Shown: positions 45,530 to 54,535 of the stretch, piece after piece
Layout: every line of letters starts with the position of its first letter
How positions within the stretch are numbered: position 1 is the first letter of the stretch
Virus record (IMG/VR): IMGVR_UViG_2523533545_000002
Coordinates: 2,718-66,717 of that record
From: a virus
Taxonomy: Duplodnaviria; Caudoviricetes
Strand: one strand, 5' to 3'
DNA: 64,000 nt
The notes under the pieces: generated by a model
Told to the model about the DNA's origin: nothing
What the model saw: the letters and a program-made list of their open reading frames with translations, nothing else
Database searches by the model: none
Position numbers and translations under genes: made by a program

Positions 45530-46249
45530 TCAGTTTATAATATCCAGATTCGAAAAGTCACGTTCTAAACTTCTGATCGCTAAGCGCTCGCCTCCAGAGT
45601 CATTAGCGCAATAGTTATAGTAATCCAGAAGCCAGCGCATCTTTTCTAAAACTGTCTCGTGCGAAGATGCATTGTTCTGAATATAGTCCCGGACAAATGG
45701 TTTTAGATCATCTAATTCCTCGCCCATAAAATAGTGAACAAACGCCGAGTTATCCCGATCACGAAAAACTAACGCTCGAACTCCATCTCTGATTCCCTCG
45801 TCGGCGTCAATATGATGCCAGGCAAAATTAAGTACATCATCATTGATGACTATTCTAGGAAACTTTGCGACTTTACTTTCCAAGTGGTAGGCGTTTATCA
45901 GGGCTTGAGAGAACGTCACTCGCTCGTTTGAAAAGTGCTTGCCAAATGCAATGCCACCCCTTACTAAAATATTTCGTTTAAGAAATAACTTCTGCATTGA
46001 TGCCGCGATACCAAGCAGTCCCACCACATTGGATGGGGTAAGTCCAGCTTCCACTATTATCGAGTCAGAGAACATTTTTACATCGCAGCCACTGCCTGCG
46101 GCGCTCCCCGCTACTTCTTCAAAAACCTCTAAGAAAATTGGAAGAAATTTTGGGATTTTACCTTTTGAATCTTCCTCCACCATAGAAGAAAATCCAAGAA
46201 TATCGATAAAAGCGACTAGCCCATAGTCTAAGCTTGCGATTGTCGTCAT
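45530..46249 (-). CDS. Class III nucleotidyl (adenylate/guanylate) cyclase-like protein
   Basis: AFIDILGFS (first metal Asp), FSDS (second Asp), VRGGIAFG, ALINAYHLES...FPRIVI. Confidence 0.72.
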   Translation of the reverse strand: MTTIASLDYGLVAFIDILGFSSMVEEDSKGKIPKFLPIFLEVFEEVAGSAAGSGCDVKMFSDSIIVEAGLTPSNVVGLLGIAASMQKLFLKRNILVRGGIAFGKHFSNERVTFSQALINAYHLESKVAKFPRIVINDDVLNFAWHHIDADEGIRDGVRALVFRDRDNSAFVHYFMGEELDDLKPFVRDYIQNNASSHETVLEKMRWLLDYYNYCANDSGGERLAIRSLERDFSNLDIIN

Positions 46250-47289
46250 TTGGCTACCTCAGCCAATTCAAAAAATAGATCTTTGAAAGTTTGCATCGCT
46301 TCACTACGTTGATCCCAAACACTTCCGCCCCAACCCGTTTGTTCACGAGTTAATTTCCAGACGGGAGTTCCCCACGTCAACATCATCGGCGCCAAACTAG
46401 CAAATTCCGCGATTTCAGCGACTGTGGGGTTCTTCCAACAGGCTTCGGAAACAGTAGCTTTATCGCCTGATGCTGCCACCAAAGATGGCATTAAATCAGA
46501 CATTACACGCTGAGGAATTAACTTCATCCAATGATCAAAAGCTGGCTTAGGAGACCCGCCATACTTTTGAAATCTTTGAACTATTACTCCGCGAAATTCC
46601 GGCTTACCATGCGCCACATTTAGCGATAATTTTTTGAAATCCTCGACTATAGCTGCGTGTTCAGAAATCCATTTTCCGATAATTTGAGATAGTGAACCTA
46701 TAGCTTGGTAATTAAATCTGTCTGGGAAAACAGGAACCATGAAAACATCAGCGGCTAGGAAGCATGCCCGAGTTAAAGCGCCAGCACTTGGCCCCACATC
46801 GACAAGAATGTGACTAAACCCATATTTTTCACCTAGGCGCCGGAGCATGTCATTAATTGCTACATAGTTGCGCTTCTGATGCAAATCATTTGTCGTTCGC
46901 ATGCTGTGCGCTTGCGACAATGTATCTTCGGAGTCACTTAAAGCGATATCTCCTCGAAACAAAAATACATTTTCAGTGGCGCCATTAACTGGAAGTAATT
47001 CTATCCCATCCACATCAACCGTTGAGCGATCACCAATGAATCGAGGGCTTAGTGCCTCTAATATAGTGGTGCCAGGGAGTGGATATTCTCGACCTTCCTT
47101 TTCCGACTTTATATCTAGTTTCTCAATCAGTTGAGACAAGGCGAGTTCGGTTAAATTGCACTGCGGATCAGCGTCAACCATTAAAACTTTGGTATTAAAT
47201 TTCTCGGCTATAGCATGCGCCAAATTGAAAGTCGTTGTGGTCTTAGAAACGCCGCCTTTATGATTGTAAAGCGTTACAATCTTTGTCAT
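46246..47289 (-). CDS. Orphan long ParA/Soj-family ATPase
   Basis: NHKGGVSKTTT deviant Walker A, VDADPQCNLT, ILVDVGPS; no parB; ATGA overlap with the cyclase gene. Confidence 0.9.
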   Translation of the reverse strand: MTKIVTLYNHKGGVSKTTTTFNLAHAIAEKFNTKVLMVDADPQCNLTELALSQLIEKLDIKSEKEGREYPLPGTTILEALSPRFIGDRSTVDVDGIELLPVNGATENVFLFRGDIALSDSEDTLSQAHSMRTTNDLHQKRNYVAINDMLRRLGEKYGFSHILVDVGPSAGALTRACFLAADVFMVPVFPDRFNYQAIGSLSQIIGKWISEHAAIVEDFKKLSLNVAHGKPEFRGVIVQRFQKYGGSPKPAFDHWMKLIPQRVMSDLMPSLVAASGDKATVSEACWKNPTVAEIAEFASLAPMMLTWGTPVWKLTREQTGWGGSVWDQRSEAMQTFKDLFFELAEVAK

Positions 47290-47631
47290 TTTAAATGTCC
47301 ATCCCTGATGCCTGTGGATTTATAAACCATTTTTGTTGCGGTAAATCGAGCCATCGGCTGTGCCTTTCGCAACGCCCCTCACGATAGCGCAGCGCCACTA
47401 CGCCCGTCCATTACCACTTTTGGACGCCCGCAGATGCATTTGAAGCCCAAGGCAGCTATGGCGAGTAAGACAAGGACTCTCTTGATGATCTCCTGCTATA
47501 TTGTCCCAGGTCAATGCGACATCAGCTCAATGAATATAGGCTGATCTCAGCCGGTTCTGATCTGATGTGACTATCCCATTCCGCTTTGGCGAGGCTAAGC
47601 ATCCGATCTTTCGACAGGAGGTGGGGTCGTC

Positions 47632-48861
47632 ATGAAGCTTAAAGTCGCGCTGCTGGTGTTTGTACTGGCTCTGTTTCAGCCACTGGCGCTTGCTGCTGTG
47701 AATGTTGAAGTGCTTATTGAGAAAGCCAAGCAGGGAGACCTATCAGCAATGAAGATGCTTTCTGAATACTGCTCGGAATTTGGTGGCGGCGATAGCAATG
47801 AATGCCAATTTAAAGCGAAAGATATTCCTCAGTTAAAGGATTTTGCTGAAAAGGGAAACTCCGATGCACAACTCTTAATGAGCACGATATATTTAACTGG
47901 CAAAAATGGCGTTCTAGCTGATCAAAATCAAGGAATATCATGGCTTCAGAAATCAGCAGAACAAGGTAATGCAATAGGGCAGTCTTTTCTTGGAATGGTA
48001 TATGGTTCTGGGCAGTTTGGTTTTCCTGTGGACTCCGAGCTCGGAAGAGTCTTGCTTAATAAATCGATCGATCAAGGTAGCAGTTCAGGGATGTTTTTTC
48101 TTGGGTTACTGGAGTTAATGGAACAAAAAGACCAGGAAAAAGGCTTAGAAAAAAGCTTCGCATTGATTCAACAAGCTGCCGAGAAAGGTCTTCCTATTGC
48201 TCAGGTAATGGTGGGGACTATTTATTTAGACGGTGCTTCAGATTTCCCGAAGAATACTGAGAGGGGAATTTACTGGTTAACTAAAGCGGCTGATCAACAG
48301 GACAGCACTGCCTTTATTAAGCTGGGTTCATTGTACCTTGATGGCAGAGAAGGCGTGCCAGTTGAACGATTAAAAGGTGAAGCTTTGATACGTAAAGCTG
48401 CCGAAAGAGGTAATGCTTCAGCACAGATCGAGCTTGGAGATAGGCTTCTCGTAGGCAGAGGGTTAAATACCGACCCTACTCAGGCATTCTCCTGGTACCT
48501 GAAGGCCGCTAAAAATGGAAACGCAAAGGGACAATTCAGTCTTGCCGAGCTCTACTTTGACGGAGTAGGCACTACCCAAGATTATAAGGCGGCTGCGAGT
48601 TGGTACCGAAAATCTGCTGAGCAAGCTAATGAGAGAGCTATCTATAAACTTGCTAATTGCTACGCTTCTGGTTCTGGTGTGCAGCAAGACTACAAGCTAG
48701 CCTACGCTTGGGCACCTTTCGGCGCTGCTATAGATACATATGGATATGGCGGCTTCGCGAGTAAGCGTGACGAGTTTGCTAAAAAATTGTCACCTGCAAA
48801 ACTGGCGAAAGCTCAAGAGTTAGCAGGCGATTACCTTGAGAAATACAAGCCAGCCAAATAG
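47632..48861 (+). CDS. Exported Sel1-repeat protein
   Basis: Signal peptide followed by many AQ..LG..Y..G.G...D...A..W..KAAEQG repeats. Confidence 0.9.
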   Translation: MKLKVALLVFVLALFQPLALAAVNVEVLIEKAKQGDLSAMKMLSEYCSEFGGGDSNECQFKAKDIPQLKDFAEKGNSDAQLLMSTIYLTGKNGVLADQNQGISWLQKSAEQGNAIGQSFLGMVYGSGQFGFPVDSELGRVLLNKSIDQGSSSGMFFLGLLELMEQKDQEKGLEKSFALIQQAAEKGLPIAQVMVGTIYLDGASDFPKNTERGIYWLTKAADQQDSTAFIKLGSLYLDGREGVPVERLKGEALIRKAAERGNASAQIELGDRLLVGRGLNTDPTQAFSWYLKAAKNGNAKGQFSLAELYFDGVGTTQDYKAAASWYRKSAEQANERAIYKLANCYASGSGVQQDYKLAYAWAPFGAAIDTYGYGGFASKRDEFAKKLSPAKLAKAQELAGDYLEKYKPAK

Positions 48862-48983
48862 CAGTGCGCGGTTGCGTCATCAATGGATAACTTGGTCTTT
48901 GTTCGCAAGGAATGCGAATTGCGGGAAATGTATATTCACGTTAGAGACGGGGGCGGCCGTTTATTTAATCACAGGAATCAGCT

Positions 48984-49286
48984 ATGAATGAAGATGAGGA
49001 GAGGGGTTTCCGGAAAGGTGTAGCATACGGGGCCACAATTGCTAGTGGAGTTGCCATAGCGATCGCGCTCTACATTGCGCCTAAGCCGACATTCATCGTT
49101 ATCGCGTGTTGTCTTGTTCTAGCTGGCATCGGCTGGGTGGTCTTGTGGTTGGGAGAGAAATACGAATTCGCTGATGATCAACGCCGTGCGCGTTATGACC
49201 GGATTTGGAAAGTGGTTGGCTACATTACTACCTACGGGCTGATGGCATTTTTGCTTTGGTCTTTCCTGAAAACAGGGCATCTTTAG
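48984..49286 (+). CDS. Small multi-TM membrane protein
   Basis: 100 aa, three hydrophobic segments, AGGA RBS. Confidence 0.7.
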   Translation: MNEDEERGFRKGVAYGATIASGVAIAIALYIAPKPTFIVIACCLVLAGIGWVVLWLGEKYEFADDQRRARYDRIWKVVGYITTYGLMAFLLWSFLKTGHL

Positions 49287-49432
49287 TAAAAATCCTGAGT
49301 GCCGCGGCTTCTTTTCGGGAGTGGGCTTGCATGATGAGTCTTTCGGTGAAAGCACGGAGCGACTCGAAAGCACCCCAATACCTCAATATTGCTAGGCGGT
49401 GATGTCAATAGATGGACGCCGAGGAAGTCTCA

Positions 49433-49828
49433 ATGAAAAAATTATGCATGTTTATCGCTCTCTTCTTATTACTGTGCGCCAAAGCAAGTGCGGAATGGCA
49501 GTCAGTACCTGTAGACTCTATTGAGCGGGCTTTTTTTGTCGAAAATAGTACGATAAAGAAATCACAAAATTTACTTAAACTCTGGATTTTGACTAATTAT
49601 TCATCTCCCCAGCAAGTTGGCAACGATCCAGCGTATCTATCCGAAAAGTATTTCTACGAGATTGACTGTCGTGAAAATAAACTGAGAATGGTGCAGGGTG
49701 CCTTGTACAAAAATATAAACGGAGGGGGTAGTATTATTCATACGGAAAACAGAGCGGGAGAGTGGAGTTTCGTCGTGCCGGGATCAACATACGAAGTGGT
49801 AATCAGTTACATATGCAAAAACATGTAA
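49433..49828 (+). CDS. Exported protein (surface-adhesin E-like)
   Basis: Signal peptide ending ASA-EW; EIDCRENK, WSFVVPGSTYEVVISYIC. Confidence 0.7.
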   Translation: MKKLCMFIALFLLLCAKASAEWQSVPVDSIERAFFVENSTIKKSQNLLKLWILTNYSSPQQVGNDPAYLSEKYFYEIDCRENKLRMVQGALYKNINGGGSIIHTENRAGEWSFVVPGSTYEVVISYICKNM

Positions 49829-49978
49829 TGGTTCGACGTTATCTGCACAGACCAAGCAGGTAAACTCACTATCCAGCGTAAAAAACTCCGTTTCAGCTCC
49901 TGCGGGTTAACTTTGTGGGTAACTAAGTATATACAGGCTGCTGGCGCCGCAGCCTGTATATGCCGTGGTAAAATGTGC

Positions 49979-50566
49979 ATGCCGCGCCACCACCAAGGGG
50001 CCGCCATCTTGCATCGCGCAGACCTACCTACACTGGACATCAGAACCTTGCTGCATCAAGGGTTACTGAGGGACTCCACACCCGGAACTTTGAGTTTAAG
50101 TGAGCTTAGATTTAATTGCGTGGCGCCTGACCGCTCAGCACTGTTAGTTAGTTGGGACGGACACCAGCAATCGTTGCCCCTCCGCTGGACCGGCGTACGT
50201 GGCCGTCCTTGCGCGCACCGAGTTAGCTGGTGCTGCCCTCAATGCGGAAAACCTACCTCGCTGCTCTACCTGCTCGAAACTTTCGCCTGCGCCAAGTGCC
50301 ACGGACTGCGCTCTGGGCTCGGTACTGCTGAGCGGTTGCGCAGGGCTAAGGACGCCGTAGCTGTGTTAGAGGCCGCAGCACAAGGCCCCATTGCATTGCT
50401 GGCACTACTAGCGAGTAGGTCTGTCGTGCAATCCTGCGGCCCGATAGCCCCCGTAGTCGAGGCGGCCGGGCGACGTGATGACGAAAGCAGGATCGTGCTC
50501 CAGCAAGCTCAGCGTGAGCAACATCTGGCGGCGATTCGCCGCGCCAAGCGGGAGCAACTGCCATGA
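49979..50566 (+). CDS. Hypothetical Zn-finger protein (satellite core), paralog 1
   Basis: WCCPQCGKPTSLLY...FACAKCHGL; start position uncertain. Confidence 0.6.
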   Translation: MPRHHQGAAILHRADLPTLDIRTLLHQGLLRDSTPGTLSLSELRFNCVAPDRSALLVSWDGHQQSLPLRWTGVRGRPCAHRVSWCCPQCGKPTSLLYLLETFACAKCHGLRSGLGTAERLRRAKDAVAVLEAAAQGPIALLALLASRSVVQSCGPIAPVVEAAGRRDDESRIVLQQAQREQHLAAIRRAKREQLP

Positions 50567-51195
50567 AGATGGGCGAGGTCCCAGCACTGGAGTTGGGTCT
50601 ATTGCGGCGGTTAGGCGGCCTGGAGCTGGGCACCAAGCTGGAACTGGAGGCCGATGGGGTAACTATCGAGACGCTAGCAGTTACTTTCGCGATACTACAG
50701 GTGACGGCTGATGGCGTGGTGCAACAAATTGAAGTCGTGCCAAACAGATGGGGCGGCTACCTGCGCTGCCCTGATTGTTCAGCGCTCCGCACTAAGTTGT
50801 ACATGGTGAATCGGCTGGCGTGCCGATATTGTCATAGGCTAGTGCGTGGCACATCGCACGACGATGTACTAACAGCGCGAATGGAACACCTGCGCCGATT
50901 GCTGCGATGCGGAGATGAGCCGCTGGAACGCATAGCCAGGCCGCCGAAGATGGCGCGAGAGCGGTTCGACGATTTGCTTGGACAACTGCGTAAGACTGAG
51001 TGCGTGGCCGAGGCCGAAGTACGCCGCTGGATGCAACGCCGCAACATACCCCCGTGGATTATAAATACGCTGGCGCCATCAACACGGCGCGGCGTGGCAA
51101 CGGTAGCGTTGCGGATGGACGCGCCAATACGGTGGGATCGTGTAATGCTGGCGCTGGCTGACCTTAATGCAGCAGAGGCGCAGGCAAATAGATAG
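50563..51195 (+). CDS. Hypothetical Zn-finger protein (satellite core), paralog 2
   Basis: GGYLRCPDCSALRTKLY...ACRYCHRL, RPPKMARERFDDL; ATGA-coupled to paralog 1. Confidence 0.7.
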   Translation: MKMGEVPALELGLLRRLGGLELGTKLELEADGVTIETLAVTFAILQVTADGVVQQIEVVPNRWGGYLRCPDCSALRTKLYMVNRLACRYCHRLVRGTSHDDVLTARMEHLRRLLRCGDEPLERIARPPKMARERFDDLLGQLRKTECVAEAEVRRWMQRRNIPPWIINTLAPSTRRGVATVALRMDAPIRWDRVMLALADLNAAEAQANR

Positions 51196-51230
51196 CTCCA
51201 ATGGGTTATTTTTTACCAAAAAGTTTGGGT

Positions 51231-51390
51231 GCGTTACATACCCCCTTATAGGGGGGTATGTGTAACGTAACGCACCAGCGTTACAGGTTGCGTTACAGCT
51301 GTAACGCCCGTGCTAGGGCGGCTGGTGCGGGATTGCGTTACATGCTGCGTTACGGTAACGCAAAAAGGGTTTGTAACGCAGTTTGTAACG
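51231..51390. repeat. Iteron cluster / putative satellite replication origin
   Basis: Eleven GTAACG/CGTTAC hexamers in both orientations plus the CATACCCCC/GGGGGTATG palindrome, at the 3' end of the primase-helicase gene. Confidence 0.8.
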
Positions 51391-51402
51391 CTGCCTATGA
51401 CC

Positions 51403-53445
51403 CTAAAACTTAGGTTTATTACTCGGCCGAGGGCGGTACTCATCCCCTTGGAGCTGGTCCACCTGCCCCCCATCAATCAAGCGTTTAGCTACACTCCTGT
51501 AGCTCTTGATGTCTGCGGCTTTCATGGCGTCATACCACGTAGACTGCTTGATTCGAGCTCGGTCACCACCAGCCTCATCATAGAGCTTTATCAGTATGGC
51601 CAGCGCCTTGTCCCCCTCTCTGTACGAGGCCTTCTCCCCAGCAGCCTGAATGTCCTCTGGGGCGCAAAACTCAATTACCAACGATGTGTTTTCAGCACCA
51701 TCTTCGTTGTATATGCCTAACGGTACCTGCACGGCCTTGAAGTGGAAGCTAAACGGCTCACCGTCCTTCATCTTGCCAGTAGGGCCGTACGTGGTCGCGT
51801 CAACAACCTTCTCTAGTCCTACGCCTATACTGCTTAGTGCCCAAACAAAGTCTGTGTCGTTGTAGAAGTTACTCGCGCCACGCGCGCCCTTGCTGGTTTC
51901 CTTCCCGCTGTGGTGAACAATAAGCGTTGACGCCCCACAGGCTTGACCGCAAAGACGAACGCCCCGCAAACACCTCCCAACGTCGGAGGGGTTGTTTTCA
52001 TCAACACCGCCATTCAGCGCAGCAAAGGTATCGAACATCACCAGTACCGGCTGTAGAGGGGCTAACTGCGCCCCGAGTGCTTTCATGCAACCGTCATCCG
52101 CCAAGTCCACACCAGTGAAGACAATTTCCAAATTGTCGCCAAACGCACCGAGTTTTTTCACCTGCGCCTTCAGGCGGCGAGATATTCCTCCTTGCCCTTC
52201 GCCACATACGTAAACCACTGGCCCGATGCGCCGTACCTTCATAGTGCCAAACGCCTGCCCCGTGCAAATGCTGTGGGCTACACGCAGTGCTAAGAACGAC
52301 TTATAGCTACCAGATGGACCAAACATCAGCCCGTGAGAGTCTGCCTCTAATACGCCATCGATCAGGTAGGTTGCTGGCTTGCAGCTTGCTGCTAGCTCAT
52401 CCCCTTTGAGGAGGGTAAATCTGGTCATGCACTTAGCTGCTGACACACACCTTCTAACAGCATCTGCCCCTTCATGCTGGTGCAAGTCGTTAAAGTCGTC
52501 GCCCGGTTTATTGCAGAACACCGGCACAGCCAGAAGTGCGCGAGCCTCCCTAGCGGCCTTAACTGCGTCTGGGTGCGGCCCGCTACCGTCCTTGAGTAAA
52601 TCAGCCCCAACAACAATCTCAACATTTGGCCAGTGCTTCCGCAGAGCCTTGGCGACATTAAGGAGGTTAGTGCAACTCAACGCGCAGAATACGGGCAAAC
52701 CGGTAGCTTCTAGCACGCTGAGCCCTGTAGCCACCCCTTCTACAATTACCAGCCGCTCATTGACATCTCCCGCCCCCAGCTTTACGAACCCGCCAGTGCG
52801 GGTGCCATGTCCCGGCAATGACGCTTTTCGTCCCTCCCGGTCAATCAGCTCCACGCTGCTCAGCACCAACTTGCCCCCCACCAACTTGTGGATGGGCGCC
52901 AGTAGTAACTCACCTGTTAGCGGCTCGCCACCTGAGTTGGGGGTGTACCCCAACATCCCCTCAGCCGTTGTGGCGCTAACTCCGTGCAGGCCGGCAGCAG
53001 CCACCTGTTTACGCTCCAAGTATGGAATGGCCATTGGTGCTCCAGCGGCCACCAGTCGAGCAGCCAGCTGCGCCGCCTTGGCTTGCTCGTAGTCGATAGC
53101 TTCCTGCTGAGTCTTGCGCTCGGCCCGACGCAGTAGATCCGCCTTGCTGACGCTGTCCCAACCTCCAATATCGATCCACCCGCTCTTACGGGCAATGTGG
53201 AACAGCGTTGCAATGCCAACACCCCCAGACCCAATGCTGCGCCAAGTGCTGGCGAAATCCTTTTCGTTGTAGCTCGCACCCTTTGCGCTCCATTCCTCGC
53301 AGATGTCCCGACCGTCCTCGCCTAACTCGGACTTAACAGCCGCACAGACCTTGAACCACTCACTACGGTCGCAGTCGGGATCAATGCTAGCTAGCGCTGC
53401 CTTGATTTTTTCCATTGGTACTGCGGTGTGCTCGAAAGAGGTCAT
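51403..53445 (-). CDS. Primase-helicase (PriCT-2 + TOPRIM + AAA_25/RepA-like)
   Basis: IDPDCDRSEWFKV...WS, IVEGVATGLS...GAD...DFNDLH, GPSGSYKS Walker A, FDT, IVHHSGK. Confidence 0.9.
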   Translation of the reverse strand: MTSFEHTAVPMEKIKAALASIDPDCDRSEWFKVCAAVKSELGEDGRDICEEWSAKGASYNEKDFASTWRSIGSGGVGIATLFHIARKSGWIDIGGWDSVSKADLLRRAERKTQQEAIDYEQAKAAQLAARLVAAGAPMAIPYLERKQVAAAGLHGVSATTAEGMLGYTPNSGGEPLTGELLLAPIHKLVGGKLVLSSVELIDREGRKASLPGHGTRTGGFVKLGAGDVNERLVIVEGVATGLSVLEATGLPVFCALSCTNLLNVAKALRKHWPNVEIVVGADLLKDGSGPHPDAVKAAREARALLAVPVFCNKPGDDFNDLHQHEGADAVRRCVSAAKCMTRFTLLKGDELAASCKPATYLIDGVLEADSHGLMFGPSGSYKSFLALRVAHSICTGQAFGTMKVRRIGPVVYVCGEGQGGISRRLKAQVKKLGAFGDNLEIVFTGVDLADDGCMKALGAQLAPLQPVLVMFDTFAALNGGVDENNPSDVGRCLRGVRLCGQACGASTLIVHHSGKETSKGARGASNFYNDTDFVWALSSIGVGLEKVVDATTYGPTGKMKDGEPFSFHFKAVQVPLGIYNEDGAENTSLVIEFCAPEDIQAAGEKASYREGDKALAILIKLYDEAGGDRARIKQSTWYDAMKAADIKSYRSVAKRLIDGGQVDQLQGDEYRPRPSNKPKF

Positions 53446-53561
53446 ACACCACCCCACCTGGGCACGGGGGCACGCCGCATAGCCACTCGCTGATCAAGAT
53501 AATGGTCAAGCGAGCCAGCCATGGCAGCCGGTTCTGCCTTGTTTATCGAAAGCTTTTCCAT
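53442..53561 (-). CDS. Small hypothetical protein between alpA and the primase gene
   Basis: 39 aa, overlaps the primase start; GGAG upstream. Confidence 0.35.
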   Translation of the reverse strand: MEKLSINKAEPAAMAGSLDHYLDQRVAMRRAPVPRWGGV

Positions 53562-53681
53562 TGGGTTCTCTCCCGAGAAGCCCAGCCAGCAAAGGGGGGC
53601 GGTGCGTGCAAAGGGGGTGTGAAATTGCAATTGTGTTGTTACGCCCCAAAGCCGCCGACGCCTTAACTGGTCGGCGGTCTT

Positions 53682-53885
53682 TTATTGGGGTTGATCAAGC
53701 TGAGTATTTACCCAGGACTCCACCATCTGGCTGTCCCAGCCGACGGCGCGCAGACCTGCAATTGGCTTCCCCTTGGGGAACTTGCCCTCGGCCATCAATT
53801 CGTAAATTTTAGTGCGACTAAGACCCATAACTTTTTGTAGGTCATGGATGCGTAAAATTGTGCGAGGGAGTGGAGTGGTGTTCAT
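53682..53885 (-). CDS. alpA: AlpA-family regulator / excisionase
   Basis: ILRIHDLQKVMGLSRTKIYELMAEGKFPK...VGWDSQMVESWV. Confidence 0.9.
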   Translation of the reverse strand: MNTTPLPRTILRIHDLQKVMGLSRTKIYELMAEGKFPKGKPIAGLRAVGWDSQMVESWVNTQLDQPQ

Positions 53886-53986
53886 GTTTGGTTGCCCCAA
53901 GTATGGCCACGGGCTGCGGCGTACAGGGCATATGCTGTGCGGTACGGCGGGTTTCAAAAATTACCCAGCCGTGCCGGTAAAGGGGT

Positions 53987-54535
53987 TTACCGTAACGCTT
54001 TGGGGGTTTTAGGAGAGCGGCCTGGATTACTGGCATAGGCTGGCGCAACGGGTTTTATCCACTTTTTGATCCGTTCAAGTGAAGGTAAATCTTCGCGGCC
54101 TTCGCGTTTCAGCACGTCCTTAACTAATCCCGCCATATCCTTAAGTCGAAACTCCTGATCGGTGTCGGCTTGCCATACTTCGGAAGCAAGTGTTCTGGCG
54201 CGATCCTGTACTGTCGCCTTGGCGGCGTTTACTGGTCCCAAAGAGCGCTGGAAGACTTGTTCTGCCTTCTTTTTGTCTACGATATGCGGCACCACCAGCG
54301 TGGCGCCAAGCTTAAAGAAGCAAACTATTACATTGGTCAGCTGCTCTCGCTGTTCATCCGTCAGCGTCTTCGCCAGTGGCGCTATGGAGTCTAATAGCGC
54401 CATCAACTCTTCTCTTCTACTCGGCTCAGTCGCAGGGTTCTCTTCCAAATAAGCCAAGCCCACAAGCAAGCCATATGGCCCCACGAGACCCTTGGTGTCA
54501 GGGAAGTATGCTTTCAATGCTTCAAGCGCATTCAC
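53987..54535 (-). CDS. Hypothetical protein coupled to the integrase, with C-terminal HTH-like segment
   Basis: ATGA overlap with int; LPSLERIKKWIKPVAP. Confidence 0.7.
   Translation of the reverse strand: MNALEALKAYFPDTKGLVGPYGLLVGLAYLEENPATEPSRREELMALLDSIAPLAKTLTDEQREQLTNVIVCFFKLGATLVVPHIVDKKKAEQVFQRSLGPVNAAKATVQDRARTLASEVWQADTDQEFRLKDMAGLVKDVLKREGREDLPSLERIKKWIKPVAPAYASNPGRSPKTPKALR

Noticed and set aside
45530-46249. Assignment to CBASS, Pycsar or Panoptes
   Set aside because: No CD-NTase GS/DxD motif, no cNMP-binding or TM/TIR effector next to it, and no mCpol-type GGD motif. Left as a candidate new system.
46246-47289. Plasmid/phage partition system
   Set aside because: No ParB or centromere repeats nearby; the protein is longer than partition ParAs and is coupled to a cyclase-like gene.
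49929-49961. LexA (SOS) box
   Set aside because: The half-sites ATACAG and CTGTAT are in the reverse order and spacing from CTG-N10-CAG; treated as a plain inverted repeat.
49982-50018. Fifth copy of the CGCGCCAC inverted-repeat element inside the satellite
   Set aside because: The left arm matches but the right arm is only 5/8, which is plausible by chance in GC-rich DNA; the half-site at 43865 likewise lacks a partner.
51231-51390. CRISPR array
   Set aside because: Repeats are 6-7 bp, in both orientations and irregularly spaced; no cas genes. No CRISPR array was seen anywhere in the window.
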